Shown: piece by piece, positions 45,989-55,207 of the stretch
Layout of the letters: every line of letters begins with the position of its first letter
How positions within the stretch are numbered: the stretch's first letter is position 1
Program-made: the position numbers and the translations under genes
NCBI GenBank assembly: GCA_003225365.1
Contig: QHZN01000079.1
Coordinates: 2,459-66,458, forward strand
Reading direction: 5' to 3'
Length of the DNA stretch: 64,000 nt
Origin: Acidobacteriota bacterium
Lineage (GTDB): Bacteria > Acidobacteriota > Terriglobia > UBA7540
The notes under the pieces: model-generated
What the model was told of the DNA's origin: nothing
The model's database searches: none
What the model saw: the letters and a program-made list of their open reading frames with translations, nothing else

Positions 45989-46165
45989 ATGGATCAAGCC
46001 GACAACGAAAATCCCTCCAAGCGAGCGAACATTCTCCGCCGAGTACTGGACTGGGTTAACTGGGACGAAATCGTGGACCTCGGCGACCTGATCATTTTCG
46101 GACCCCACACTGAAACCCTTAAGTGTACCCTTCGTGCATTCAATGGAAAGGCGTATGCCGACTGA
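45989..46165 (+). CDS. Small hypothetical ORF (58 aa) overlapping the DUF433 start
   Basis: MDQADNENPSKRANILRRVLDWVNWDEIVDLGDLIIFGPHTETLKCTLRAFNGKAYAD. It is below the ORF-track length cutoff and overlaps the next gene by 11 nt. I recognise no family, so this is weak. Confidence 0.25.
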   Translation: MDQADNENPSKRANILRRVLDWVNWDEIVDLGDLIIFGPHTETLKCTLRAFNGKAYAD

Positions 46166-46379
46166 CTGGAAAAAGTACATCACCAGCGATCCGCAATTCC
46201 TGCGTGGGAAGCCACGAATCAAGGGCACTCGAAGTCCCGTAAGCCTGGTGCTGGGATACCTCGCAGCCGGAAAAGACGCCGACGAGGTCATCGCCGAGTT
46301 TCCCGACCTGACCAAGGCTCAGTTCGCGGCTTGCCTGGACTATGCCCGTGACCTCTCCGAGTTCGAGGCCGCGATCTGA
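46155..46379 (+). CDS. DUF433-domain protein (antitoxin-like), orphan
   Basis: ITSDPQFLRGKPRIKGTRSPVSLVLGYLAAGKDADEVIAEFPDLTKAQFAACLDYA matches the DUF433 pattern. No DUF5615/PIN-like partner lies downstream. Confidence 0.75.
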   Translation: MPTDWKKYITSDPQFLRGKPRIKGTRSPVSLVLGYLAAGKDADEVIAEFPDLTKAQFAACLDYARDLSEFEAAI

Positions 46380-46414
46380 GCCCTCGCCTATGCCCGCGAA
46401 CGATGGCGCCGCCG

Positions 46415-46669
46415 CTACAATCCACTCCATTCATTAACGGTGACGGCGCGGCTTAAAATGCCTTCCACCTCGCGAAGCGGGATGCGGAGCTGCGGGACGG
46501 AATATTCAGGATTGGTCGGGATCGCGAGGCGCTTCTGGCCGAATACCATGAACTGATGTCGGCCCCCAGAAAACGGACCGTCGAAACCCAGCCCACGGAG
46601 CCGCGGTATGAAGTCGCCGCGTTTACACGGTGTCCACCGGCTCACGCGCGGGCTCCCGGTTGAGGTCAA
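46415..46669 (-). CDS. hicA: HicA-family toxin (start uncertain: TTG 46669 or GTG 46645)
   Basis: ..LRGLGFDGPFSGGRHQFMVFGQKRLAIP.NP.. resembles the HicA subfamily block LGFEGPYSGGKHQFM. It overlaps the end of hicB. Confidence 0.7.
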   Translation of the reverse strand: MTSTGSPRVSRWTPCKRGDFIPRLRGLGFDGPFSGGRHQFMVFGQKRLAIPTNPEYSVPQLRIPLREVEGILSRAVTVNEWSGL

Positions 46670-46895
46670 TGCCGCTGAGGACGGGCAATGGATGCTTCAG
46701 CCGAAGCCCCAGCAGCACCCAGTCCTCGAGAGTCGAGCGCAACTCTTCTTCACATTCCTTGAGAGAAATGCCAAAGGCAGCGACACCATGACAGTTCGGT
46801 ATTCGCCCGGCAAATGTGCCGTCTTCGAGCTTGTCGAAGGCGGCATCGCTCATGGCCGCATTCAAGTAGTCGCTCAAAACGTAGCGTATGCCCAA
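46623..46895 (-). CDS. hicB: HicB-family antitoxin
   Basis: (TTG)GIRYVLSDYLNAAMSDAAFDKLEDGTFAGRIPNCHGVAAFGISLKECEEELRSTLEDWVLLGLRLKHPLPVLSGIDLN is the typical HicB/UPF0150 pattern. GGAGG lies 6 nt upstream of TTG 46895. Confidence 0.75.
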   Translation of the reverse strand: MGIRYVLSDYLNAAMSDAAFDKLEDGTFAGRIPNCHGVAAFGISLKECEEELRSTLEDWVLLGLRLKHPLPVLSGIDLNREPAREPVDTV

Positions 46896-47105
46896 CACAC
46901 ACCTCCAGCCCTGCTTCCGATTATAGCGCAGGATTTCCCGCGGTGGGCGTGACCGTTCAGGGGGACCGCAAACCAATGAATGCGACAAGAAACTCGACAA
47001 GTTCAGCCAATTGCCTCCTCTCCTTCGGCGCGTTAGACTATGCCGGCTGCCGGGTCCTGCCCGCCTTCTTTCGAGGGTGGCTCAGGGTCAGGAAAAGGGG
47101 GGGAA

Positions 47106-48328
47106 ATGCCTGTTCAAACGAAAGAAAAGAACGCGCATGAGGTGGCACTGGAAAACTTTGATATGGCGGCAGATGCGCTCGACCTGAGCAACGATATGCG
47201 GGCTATGATCAAGTATCCAGAAAGGGCGCTACAAGTCGGCTTGCCCGTGCGTATGGATGATGGGCATATCGCTCACTTCGACGGTTTCAGGGTACAGCAC
47301 AACACGGCTCGCGGACCGGCCAAAGGCGGAATTCGCTATCATCCGAACGTCACTAAAGAGGAGGTCATGGCTCTGGCCACCTGGATGACCTGGAAGTGCG
47401 CGGTCGTCAATATACCTTTTGGGGGCGGGAAAGGCGGAGTGTGCTGCAATCCGAAGGAAATGTCGAACGGGGAAATTGAACACCTCACAAGGCGCTACGC
47501 CGCTTCCATCTTGCCGCTCATCGGCCCGCAACAGGACATCCCGGCTCCGGATGTTTACACCAACTCCCAGATCATGGCCTGGATCATGGACACCTACAGC
47601 ATGACCAAGGGGTATTCCGTCCCGGGAGTGGTGACCGGGAAACCCATCAGCCTAGGGGGATCGCTTGGGCGGAGCGAAGCGACCGGACGAGGCGTGTTCA
47701 ATACCATTGAATCCGCCCTGGAACATCTGCGCCTCGCCCTGAAGGGAGCGCGGGTCGCGGTGCAGGGTTTCGGCAATGCGGGGTCCGTGGCGGCACAAAT
47801 GCTCGAAAACCACGAAGCCCGTGTCATCAGCGTGAGCGATTCTCGAAACTAAACCAACACAAAGAACGGACCGGCTCCGTTGCGGGGTTCCCTGGCTCCG
47901 AGCCGATCCGACCCGAGGAGTTGCTCTCGCTCGCATGCGAAATCCTCATCCCGGCGGCTCTGGAAAACACCGTTCACGGAGGAAACGCAGGGCGCGTCCA
48001 GGCGAAGCTGGTCGCCGAAGCGGCCAACGGACCACTCACACCGGAAGCAGATAGAATTTTGGAAGCGAAAGAAACCTTCATTATTCCCGACATTCTCTGT
48101 AACGCCGGCGGGGTGACCGTGTCTTACTTCGAATGGGTGCAGGACGAGCAGCACATGTTCTGGGAGGCACAGGACGTTTACAACCGCTTGGAGCGGGTTA
48201 TGAACGTCGCCTTCAAGGAAGTGCTGCGAATTCACATTGAACAAAAAGTGGGGATGCGCACAGCGGCCAATATGCTGGGCATCGGACGCGTCGCCGAAGC
48301 CACGAAAGCTCGCGGCCTTTATCCCTGA
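47106..48328 (+). pseudogene. gdh: Glutamate dehydrogenase with a small internal deletion and frameshift
   Basis: Frame A (47106..47852) reads ..[62 protein letters not shown] and ends at TAA 47850. GDH homology resumes in another frame at ..[52 protein letters not shown]... About 15 codons expected between VSDS and LxxHK are missing. Confidence 0.8.
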
Positions 48329-48560
48329 GGTCATCCCCGCGCGCTGCTCCATTCTTCGGAGGGACTCGCTGCCTCTTTCGGGTGAAGGCTGTGCTCGCAC
48401 CCCCCCGGGCAAGACTCGGCCGGCGAACGCTGGGCGCCGAACGTCGGCCGCGCTTACGCGCCGACTGCCTTGACAAGGCGGAACGGCCCCATTACCGTTG
48501 AGGCGGCCCATTTTGTGGCCTTGCATAGAGCAAGGCGCGGTTGCGAAGGAGAAACCCAAA

Positions 48561-49463
48561 ATGCCGGATGTTGACGGCGCCAGCGATACGAAGGATTTCC
48601 ACTTGGAGGTGCCGGCGAGGAACGAAGCGTTCTTTCTGAAAGGCTCAGGGGCGCTCGGCTGGGGCCTTCAAAACCGCCTGGCGCGCATTTTCAATCCGGT
48701 GTCCGGACGCACCGTGATGCTGGCGTTCGACCACGGCTATTTCCAGGGGCCGACGACGGGCCTGGAACGCATGGACATCACTATTGTCCCGCTGGTTCCT
48801 TATGCCGACGCGCTGATGTTGACGCGCGGCGCGCTGCGAAGCTCGATTCCGTCAGCGGCGCCGAATGCCTTGGTTTTAAGAGCCAGCGGCGGGCCGAGCA
48901 TTCTGAAGGAACTTTCGAACGAGCAGATCGCCATGGACATCGAGGACGCGATTCGGCTGAACGCCTCGGCGCTGGCCGTCCAGGTGTTCATCGGCGGCGA
49001 GTGCGAATCGCAGTCCGTGCACAACCTCACGCGTTTGGTGGACCTCGGCAACCGCTACGGCTTGGCGGTGCTAGGCGTGACAGCGGTCGGCAAGAACATG
49101 ACTCGCGACGCAAAGTACCTGCGACTCGCCTGCCGTATTTCGGCCGAGCTCGGCGCGCATTTCGTCAAAACTTACTACGTCTCCGAAGGATTCGAGACGG
49201 TGACGGCGTCATGCCCCGTGCCGGTGGTCATGGCGGGCGGCAAAAAGCTGCCCGAGCTTGAAGCGCTGACGATGGCCCACCGAGCCGTCGAGGAAGGCGC
49301 CGCCGGCGTGGACATGGGGCGAAATATCTTCCAATCGGAAGCGCCCGTGGCGATGATCCAGGCGGTCCGTAAAGTGGTTCACGAGCGCCTGAAGCCCCAA
49401 CACGCCTACGATTTTTTCCAAACGCTTCGGCGCGAGGCCAAGGCCGAGGTCTTTGCGAAGTAG
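48561..49463 (+). CDS. LsrF/DhnA-family class I aldolase (LsrF-like)
   Basis: Long near-identical blocks to E. coli LsrF as I recall it: [37 protein letters not shown] (Schiff-base Lys region), [15 protein letters not shown] and [14 protein letters not shown] 48561 has AAGGAG upstream. Confidence 0.85.
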   Translation: MPDVDGASDTKDFHLEVPARNEAFFLKGSGALGWGLQNRLARIFNPVSGRTVMLAFDHGYFQGPTTGLERMDITIVPLVPYADALMLTRGALRSSIPSAAPNALVLRASGGPSILKELSNEQIAMDIEDAIRLNASALAVQVFIGGECESQSVHNLTRLVDLGNRYGLAVLGVTAVGKNMTRDAKYLRLACRISAELGAHFVKTYYVSEGFETVTASCPVPVVMAGGKKLPELEALTMAHRAVEEGAAGVDMGRNIFQSEAPVAMIQAVRKVVHERLKPQHAYDFFQTLRREAKAEVFAK

Positions 49464-49474
49464 CGGGCCCGACG

Positions 49475-50209
49475 ATGCCCGGAACCCCCACCGTTCAATG
49501 GCTGCGCGACCTCAGTCCCACGCTTAGCGTCGGGATTGTGAGCGCGGATTTGTCGGCGCTCAGCGACGAGCTCCGGCTGCTCGAGCGGGCGGGCGCGCAC
49601 CTCGCCCATGTGGACGTCATGGATGGCTGCTTTTGCCCCATGATGACCGTCGGTCCGCCCGTTATCCGCGCTCTCAAGACGCCGCTCTTCAAAGACCTCC
49701 ACCTGATGATCCAGGAGCCGTCCGAAAAAGTGGCGGAATTTGTGGCCTCGGGCGCGGATATCGTTACCGTGCATGTCGAAGCCGGCCCGCACATTCACCG
49801 CACGCTCCAGCAGATGCGCTCGATGACCAACGTCAACGATCCCGAGCGGGGCTTGGTGCGCGGCGTGGCGCTTAACCCCGGGACGCCCCTCGACTCGCTC
49901 GAGCCCCTCTGGGAGGAACTCGATCTGGTCCTGGTCCTGGCCGTAAATCCAGGATGGAAGGGACAGGAGTTTATTCCCTCCACTTGGCGACGCGTCGAGA
50001 CCGTAAAGGGGCGGATCAAGACCTTGGGGCTCGGCACGTTGGTCGCCCTCGACGGCGGCGTCACCCGCCAAAACATCAGCGCGGCCGCTGCGAGCGGGGC
50101 GGATATTATTGTGAGCGGAGGCGCCGTCTTCGACGGCAAAAACGCGCAGCAGAATGCGGAATTCATGCTCGATGCCGTGAGGTCGGTCGCAAAAGCCAAA
50201 TGGCAATGA
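49475..50209 (+). CDS. Ribulose-phosphate 3-epimerase-family protein
   Basis: HVDVMDGCFCP, HLMI, TVHVEA, LVLAVNPGWKGQEF and ALDGGV are the Rpe/AlsE-type barrel motifs. Confidence 0.85.
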   Translation: MPGTPTVQWLRDLSPTLSVGIVSADLSALSDELRLLERAGAHLAHVDVMDGCFCPMMTVGPPVIRALKTPLFKDLHLMIQEPSEKVAEFVASGADIVTVHVEAGPHIHRTLQQMRSMTNVNDPERGLVRGVALNPGTPLDSLEPLWEELDLVLVLAVNPGWKGQEFIPSTWRRVETVKGRIKTLGLGTLVALDGGVTRQNISAAAASGADIIVSGGAVFDGKNAQQNAEFMLDAVRSVAKAKWQ

Positions 50210-50299
50210 CCTCCGCCGCCGAACGACGCCCGGACTGAATGAACCGGGGGTCGTCGGAATGTCATTCCTTTCTACTCTTTCAACAATCCTTTAGCCCTT

Positions 50300-52408
50300 A
50301 TGCAAAGCCGGTGGTCGGAAACAGAAGCTGCGAAATTTGTGCGGAAACACGCGAAAGCGTCAAGCGAAGACTTGGCGCTTCGGACGTACTCCGCGCGCTT
50401 GCTCGGAGCCGAACCGGGACTGGTCCTTCACGGCGGAGGGAACACTTCCCTCAAGAGCGAGGTCCCCGATATCTTTGCCCAGAATCGTCCGGTGATTTAC
50501 GTCAAAGCCTCGGGACTTGACCTTGCCGCCATCGAGCCCGCGGGTCACACAGCTCTTGACCTCGAATACCTGCGGAGGCTCGGTGCGCTTCCCTCGCTTA
50601 CCGACGCCGCCATGGTCAACGAGTTTCGCACTCATTTGGTGAGGGCAGCGGCGGCAACGCCTTCCATAGAGACCCTGGTTCACGCCTTCCTCCCACCCCG
50701 CTTTATTGACCATACTCACGCCGACGCCATCCTTGCGCTGACCAATCAACCGAGCGGGCTGAAAATCGCCGCGGAAGCTCTCGGCGACGAAGTCATCGTG
50801 CTGGATTACGTGACGCCGGGTTTTGAGCTGGCGAAAGCCTCCGCAGCGGCGTTCGGAGCGCAGCCGACGGCGCGAGGCATGGTCTGGGTGCGCCACGGGC
50901 TGGTCACCTGGGGCGGGACCGCGCGAGAATCCTATGAAGCAACCATCGCCCTGATCACGCGCGCCGAAGAGTACATCGCCCGGAGATCGAAACGCTCTCT
51001 GGTGGTTTCAGCCTCGACTGCGGTCGAGACGGCGCGAAAGCGTTGGTCGGTGGTGGCCCCCATCGCCCGCGGACTGCTGGCCCGCGCCACCGGCGAGGCG
51101 GATTGCCCGCACGCCCGCGTCATTCTGCGGCCGCTCATCAACCGCGAGGTGCTGGATTTTGTGGATTCCACGTCCGCCCGCGATTTGGCCCTTACGCCGC
51201 CACTAACCTCCGACCATCTTATTCGCACCAAACCCTGGCCACTTTGGCTCGACTCGCCCCACTTTGACGACGCGGAGAAACTGCGGACCGAGCTTGCGGA
51301 AGCGATTCGGTGTTATGCGACCAACTATCAGGCCTACTTCGCGCGGCAGCGATCGCGGCTGCCCGCCGGTGTCGAGCCATTTGACCCGGACCCGCGCGTG
51401 TTGCTGATCCCGGGCCTGGGAGCGTTATGCGCGGGGAAGGACGCCGTTGCCGCCGGTATCGTTCGCGACATCACAGCGCACACGCTCGCGGCTAAGGCCC
51501 GGATCTATGCGATGGGGTCTTACCAGGGTCTCGACGAAGCGGAATTGTTCGACATGGAGTACCGTAGCCTCCAGCACGCGAAGCTCACGCGCGGCGACGA
51601 AAAGGCGCTGGCTCGGGAAGTGGCGTTGGTAACGGGCGCGGCGGGTGCCATTGGGTCGGCCATTTGCGAAGAGCTCCTCTCCAATGGCTGTCACGTCGCC
51701 GCCACCGACCTCCCGGGCGCGGCGCTCGACAGCTTGGTCGAGGATTTAAGCGCGGTTTACGATCAGCGTATTGTCGGGACCCCGCTCGATGTCACCGACC
51801 CGCAGTTCGTCGCCGCCGGATTCGAGGCCGTCATTCAAGAATGGGGAGGAGTAGATTTGGTGGTTATCAACGCCGGAATCGCTCATATTTCGGCGATCGC
51901 GGACTTGAGCCTGGAAACGTTCCGCAAGCTCGAGCGCGTCAACCAGGAAGGAACCCTGCTGATGCTTCGAGAAGCCGCGCGGCACTTCCGGGCGCAGGGA
52001 ACGGGCGGCGACATCATTCTGATTTCCACGAAGAATGTCGCTGCGCCAAGCGCCCATTTCGCCGCCTACAGCGCCACCAAAGCCGCCGCACACCAACTGG
52101 CTCGCATCGCGAGCCTTGAACTGGCCGAGCTCGGCGTGCGCGTCAATATGATCGCCCCGGACGCCATCTTTTCCCACGGCGCGCGCAAGTCGGGGCTGTG
52201 GGCTGAAGTCGGCCCCGACCGCATGAAGGCGCGCGGCATGAATGAAAAGGAGCTCGAGGAGTACTACAAGAATCGCAACCTTCTGAAGATTCAGATTACG
52301 GCCCGGCACGTCGGCCGCGCCGTGGTTTTTTTCGCCACGCGTCAGACGCCCACAACCGGCGCCACGCTCCCTGTGGACGGCGGGCTGCCAGACGCCGCGC
52401 CGCGTTGA
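50300..52408 (+). CDS. Bifunctional class II aldolase / short-chain dehydrogenase (rhamnulose-1-phosphate aldolase/alcohol dehydrogenase-like)
   Basis: The N-terminal W.E.EA..F......EDLALRTYSARLLG...LVLHGGGNTS pattern is typical of this fusion family. The C-terminal SDR part has VTGAAGAIG and YSATKAA (YxxxK). Confidence 0.9.
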   Translation: MQSRWSETEAAKFVRKHAKASSEDLALRTYSARLLGAEPGLVLHGGGNTSLKSEVPDIFAQNRPVIYVKASGLDLAAIEPAGHTALDLEYLRRLGALPSLTDAAMVNEFRTHLVRAAAATPSIETLVHAFLPPRFIDHTHADAILALTNQPSGLKIAAEALGDEVIVLDYVTPGFELAKASAAAFGAQPTARGMVWVRHGLVTWGGTARESYEATIALITRAEEYIARRSKRSLVVSASTAVETARKRWSVVAPIARGLLARATGEADCPHARVILRPLINREVLDFVDSTSARDLALTPPLTSDHLIRTKPWPLWLDSPHFDDAEKLRTELAEAIRCYATNYQAYFARQRSRLPAGVEPFDPDPRVLLIPGLGALCAGKDAVAAGIVRDITAHTLAAKARIYAMGSYQGLDEAELFDMEYRSLQHAKLTRGDEKALAREVALVTGAAGAIGSAICEELLSNGCHVAATDLPGAALDSLVEDLSAVYDQRIVGTPLDVTDPQFVAAGFEAVIQEWGGVDLVVINAGIAHISAIADLSLETFRKLERVNQEGTLLMLREAARHFRAQGTGGDIILISTKNVAAPSAHFAAYSATKAAAHQLARIASLELAELGVRVNMIAPDAIFSHGARKSGLWAEVGPDRMKARGMNEKELEEYYKNRNLLKIQITARHVGRAVVFFATRQTPTTGATLPVDGGLPDAAPR

Positions 52409-52459
52409 GCGCCACGTCTTCCCAGCGTCATTCACCCGGTCGTGTTAGAATCGCTCTCA

Positions 52460-53044
52460 ATGGCGACCGCGCTTAGGACACCCGCTCGGATACTTGGAAT
52501 CGACCCCGGCCTCGACATCACTGGCTACGGCGTTGTGGAATGCCGCAACGCGGACGTGCGGCTGGTCGAAGCGGGCATCATTCGGCCGGCACGGCGGTCC
52601 GGCGACGGGCTGCCCTCGCGCCTGCGAACGCTCTTCGACGGGGTCCGGGAAGTGATCCGGGAATTCGAGCCGCGAGCGCTCTGCCTCGAGGAAGTTTACT
52701 CGCATGCCTCCTTCCCACGCACTTCGATTCTCATGGGCCACGCGCGCGGAGTCATTTGCCTCGCCGCCGAGCTCGAAGACATTCCGGTGATCGACCTTTC
52801 CGCGAAGAGGATCAAGAAGGCGTTGACGGGCAACGGCAATGCCTCGAAGGCGCAAGTCCAGCGGGCGATTCAAAACACTTTTTCGCTCGTGCGTTTTCCG
52901 CAGCCGCCCGATGTGGCGGACGCCCTGGCCGCGGCCGTTTGCTTCATCCAACACTGGCAGCGGTCGGGAAACGGCGAGAGAGTTCGGAGGCGCGCGTCGC
53001 CTGCCCCTCGATTGCCCACCAAATCCGGAGGAATAAGGGAGTGA
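52460..53044 (+). CDS. ruvC: Holliday junction resolvase RuvC
   Basis: RILGIDPGLDITGYGVVE...LCLEEVY...AKRIKKALTGNGNASKAQVQ...PDVADALAAAVC are RuvC motifs. Confidence 0.9.
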   Translation: MATALRTPARILGIDPGLDITGYGVVECRNADVRLVEAGIIRPARRSGDGLPSRLRTLFDGVREVIREFEPRALCLEEVYSHASFPRTSILMGHARGVICLAAELEDIPVIDLSAKRIKKALTGNGNASKAQVQRAIQNTFSLVRFPQPPDVADALAAAVCFIQHWQRSGNGERVRRRASPAPRLPTKSGGIRE

Positions 53045-53718
53045 TTTCCGAAATCACCGGCGAAGTCCTCTACGATCGAATCCGGCGGAACTCCCTGCTC
53101 CTGCGCGTGGATTCGATCTGTTACGAAGTGCTGGTGCCCTCCGGCATCGCCTCGAGGCTGCGTACCGCCGCAGAAACCGAGCGGCCGAACCCCGCGACGT
53201 TTTACACGATTCATTATATTGACGGAGGGCTGGGGGGCGGACACTTGACCCCGAGGCTCGTCGGTTTTCTCGAGCCGCTCGACCGCGAGTTTTTCGAGGC
53301 TTTTACGACCGTTCCCGGCGTGGGGTTCATGAAGGCATTAAAATGCTTGGTGAAGCCATTGAGCGAGATTGCGTTAGCAATCGAGCGCGGTGACACCGCG
53401 TTTCTCGAAGAGCTTCCCTTCATTGGCGCGAAGACGGCCGAGCGCATTGTAACGGAGCTGCGCGGCAAAATGACCAAGTTCGCCCTGGCGCGCTCGGTCC
53501 AGCCCCTGGCGCTCGAGAAAGAATCGGCCGCGGAATTGAAGGAAGAGGCGCTCGCGGTACTCGAGCAACTCGAATACTCCCGGCCCGAAGCGCGCCGGAT
53601 GGTCGAGGAGATTTTCGCCAAGCACAAGGGCATCCGCTCCACGGAAGATTTCTTACGGCGAGTCTTCGAAAAACGGCAGGAGCGGAACGCCGACGCGCTG
53701 GCGGAAGCCAAGCCCTAA
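53041..53718 (+). CDS. ruvA: Holliday junction DNA helicase subunit RuvA
   Basis: (GTG)ISEITGEV...YEVLVP..., the HhH region FEAFTTVPGVGFMKALKCL...LPFIGAKTAERIV, and a C-terminal domain III. The GTG start overlaps the ruvC stop (GTGA). Confidence 0.85.
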   Translation: MISEITGEVLYDRIRRNSLLLRVDSICYEVLVPSGIASRLRTAAETERPNPATFYTIHYIDGGLGGGHLTPRLVGFLEPLDREFFEAFTTVPGVGFMKALKCLVKPLSEIALAIERGDTAFLEELPFIGAKTAERIVTELRGKMTKFALARSVQPLALEKESAAELKEEALAVLEQLEYSRPEARRMVEEIFAKHKGIRSTEDFLRRVFEKRQERNADALAEAKP

Positions 53719-53940
53719 GAGGCTGATGAAAAATTGTCTTATGTTGTCATTCTGAGCGAAGCGAAGAATCTATGTTGTTCATTTCAAACCACTGCGAGAT
53801 GCTTCGCGGAGTCTACCCTGAGCGCGGAATGAAAGGGATTCTTCGCTTCGCTCAGAATGACAACCAGCGAAGAGCCTGCCCTGAGCAGAGCGAAGGGGCT
53901 CAGCATGACATTTCGGCCCGTTTTTCATCAGTCTGCTAAG
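53715..53940 (+). mobile_element. MITE-like non-autonomous element, copy 1 (between ruvA and ruvB)
   Basis: Imperfect terminal inverted repeats CTAAGAGGCTGATGAAAAA ... TTTTTCATCAGTCTGCTAAG. An internal 25-bp inverted repeat pairs GTCATTCTGAGCGAAGCGAAGAATC (53746..53770) with its complement at 53838..53862. A second copy lies at 63268..63490 in the opposite orientation. Confidence 0.75.
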
Positions 53941-54077
53941 GCACCGCCCGCAGGCGGATTTCGATCCGGGAGACGGAGAACTCTTGCGAGGGTGTCATCC
54001 TGATCCCACAGTCGCGGGAGTAGGATCTGCTTTACGACAGACGACCTAGCAGATTCCTCGTCGATCCGCCAATCGGA

Positions 54078-55154
54078 ATGGCGGACCTCCTCGGAATGAC
54101 ACCGGGGAGAGGTTTTCATCAGACGGCTATGAGACAGCGCCTCGTATCCCCAAGCCTGATTTCCAAGGAAGAGGAGAGCTACAACGTTACCCTGCGCCCT
54201 CCGACTCTCGCGGAATACGTCGGGCAGCGGGAAGTCGTTGAGAAGCTTTCCATTGCGCTCGAAGCCGCGCGCCGGCGCCAGGAGCCCCTCGAGCACGCTT
54301 TGTTCTACGGCCCGCCCGGGCTCGGCAAGACGACGCTCGCCAACATCATCGCCAAGGAAATGGCGACGAAAATTACCACCACCTCCGGCCCCGCGCTCGA
54401 ACGCACCGGCGACCTGATGGGCATTCTCACCAACCTCGCCGAGGGCGATATCCTTTTCATTGACGAGATTCATCGCCTGCCCGCCAACATCGAGGAATTC
54501 CTTTACCCCGCGATGGAAGACTTCCGTGTGGATTTCGTCGTGGACAAGGGCATGTTCGCGAAAACCATCAACGTGCCGCTCAAGCGGTTCACGCTGATCG
54601 GCGCCACGACCCGCGCCGGAAGCCTCTCCTCGCCGTTGCGCAACCGGTTTGGCCTGTTTTATCACCTGGATTTCTATGCCGTCGAACACCTGCGCGAAAT
54701 CGTGCTACGCTCCGCGAAAATCCTCGTCACCCCGATTGACGAAACCGGAGCAGGCGAAATTGCCCGCCGCGCCCGCGGCACGCCCCGCATCGCGAATCGC
54801 CTCTTGCGCCGAGTCCGCGATTTCGCCCAGGTCAAATCCGTGCCCGCCATCTCGGCCGAAGTCGCCCGCCAGGCGCTGGCGCTCGAAGGCGTGGACGAAG
54901 AGGGGTTCGACGACCTCGACCGCAACTTCCTGCTCACCATCGTCCGACAATACAACGGTGGCCCCGTCGGGGTCGAGGCGCTCTCGGCCACGCTCAATGA
55001 GGAAGTCGAGACCCTGGTGGATATGGTCGAGCCATACCTGTTGCAGCAGGGATTTATCAGCCGAACCAAGAGCGGCCGCCGGGCCAACGAGCCGGCCTAC
55101 AAGCACCTGAAGCAGGCGGTCCCGGCGGGTGGAACTGCCAAGCTTTTTGAATGA
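54078..55154 (+). CDS. ruvB: Holliday junction DNA helicase RuvB
   Basis: LRPPTLAEYVGQ, the Walker A motif GPPGLGKTTLA, ILFIDEIHRL and GATTRAG.L..PL..RF. The start is uncertain (ATG 54078 or 54129). Confidence 0.95.
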   Translation: MADLLGMTPGRGFHQTAMRQRLVSPSLISKEEESYNVTLRPPTLAEYVGQREVVEKLSIALEAARRRQEPLEHALFYGPPGLGKTTLANIIAKEMATKITTTSGPALERTGDLMGILTNLAEGDILFIDEIHRLPANIEEFLYPAMEDFRVDFVVDKGMFAKTINVPLKRFTLIGATTRAGSLSSPLRNRFGLFYHLDFYAVEHLREIVLRSAKILVTPIDETGAGEIARRARGTPRIANRLLRRVRDFAQVKSVPAISAEVARQALALEGVDEEGFDDLDRNFLLTIVRQYNGGPVGVEALSATLNEEVETLVDMVEPYLLQQGFISRTKSGRRANEPAYKHLKQAVPAGGTAKLFE

Positions 55155-55207
55155 AAACGCGATCGAGCAGCGCCGAAGCACCTCGGAACTCGCGTCCGGC
55201 CACCGGG

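Noticed and set aside
52540-53040. N-terminal 167 codons of the 392-aa ORF that contains ruvA.
   Set aside because: This part overlaps ruvC out of frame. RuvA homology begins at GTG 53041, which overlaps the ruvC stop.
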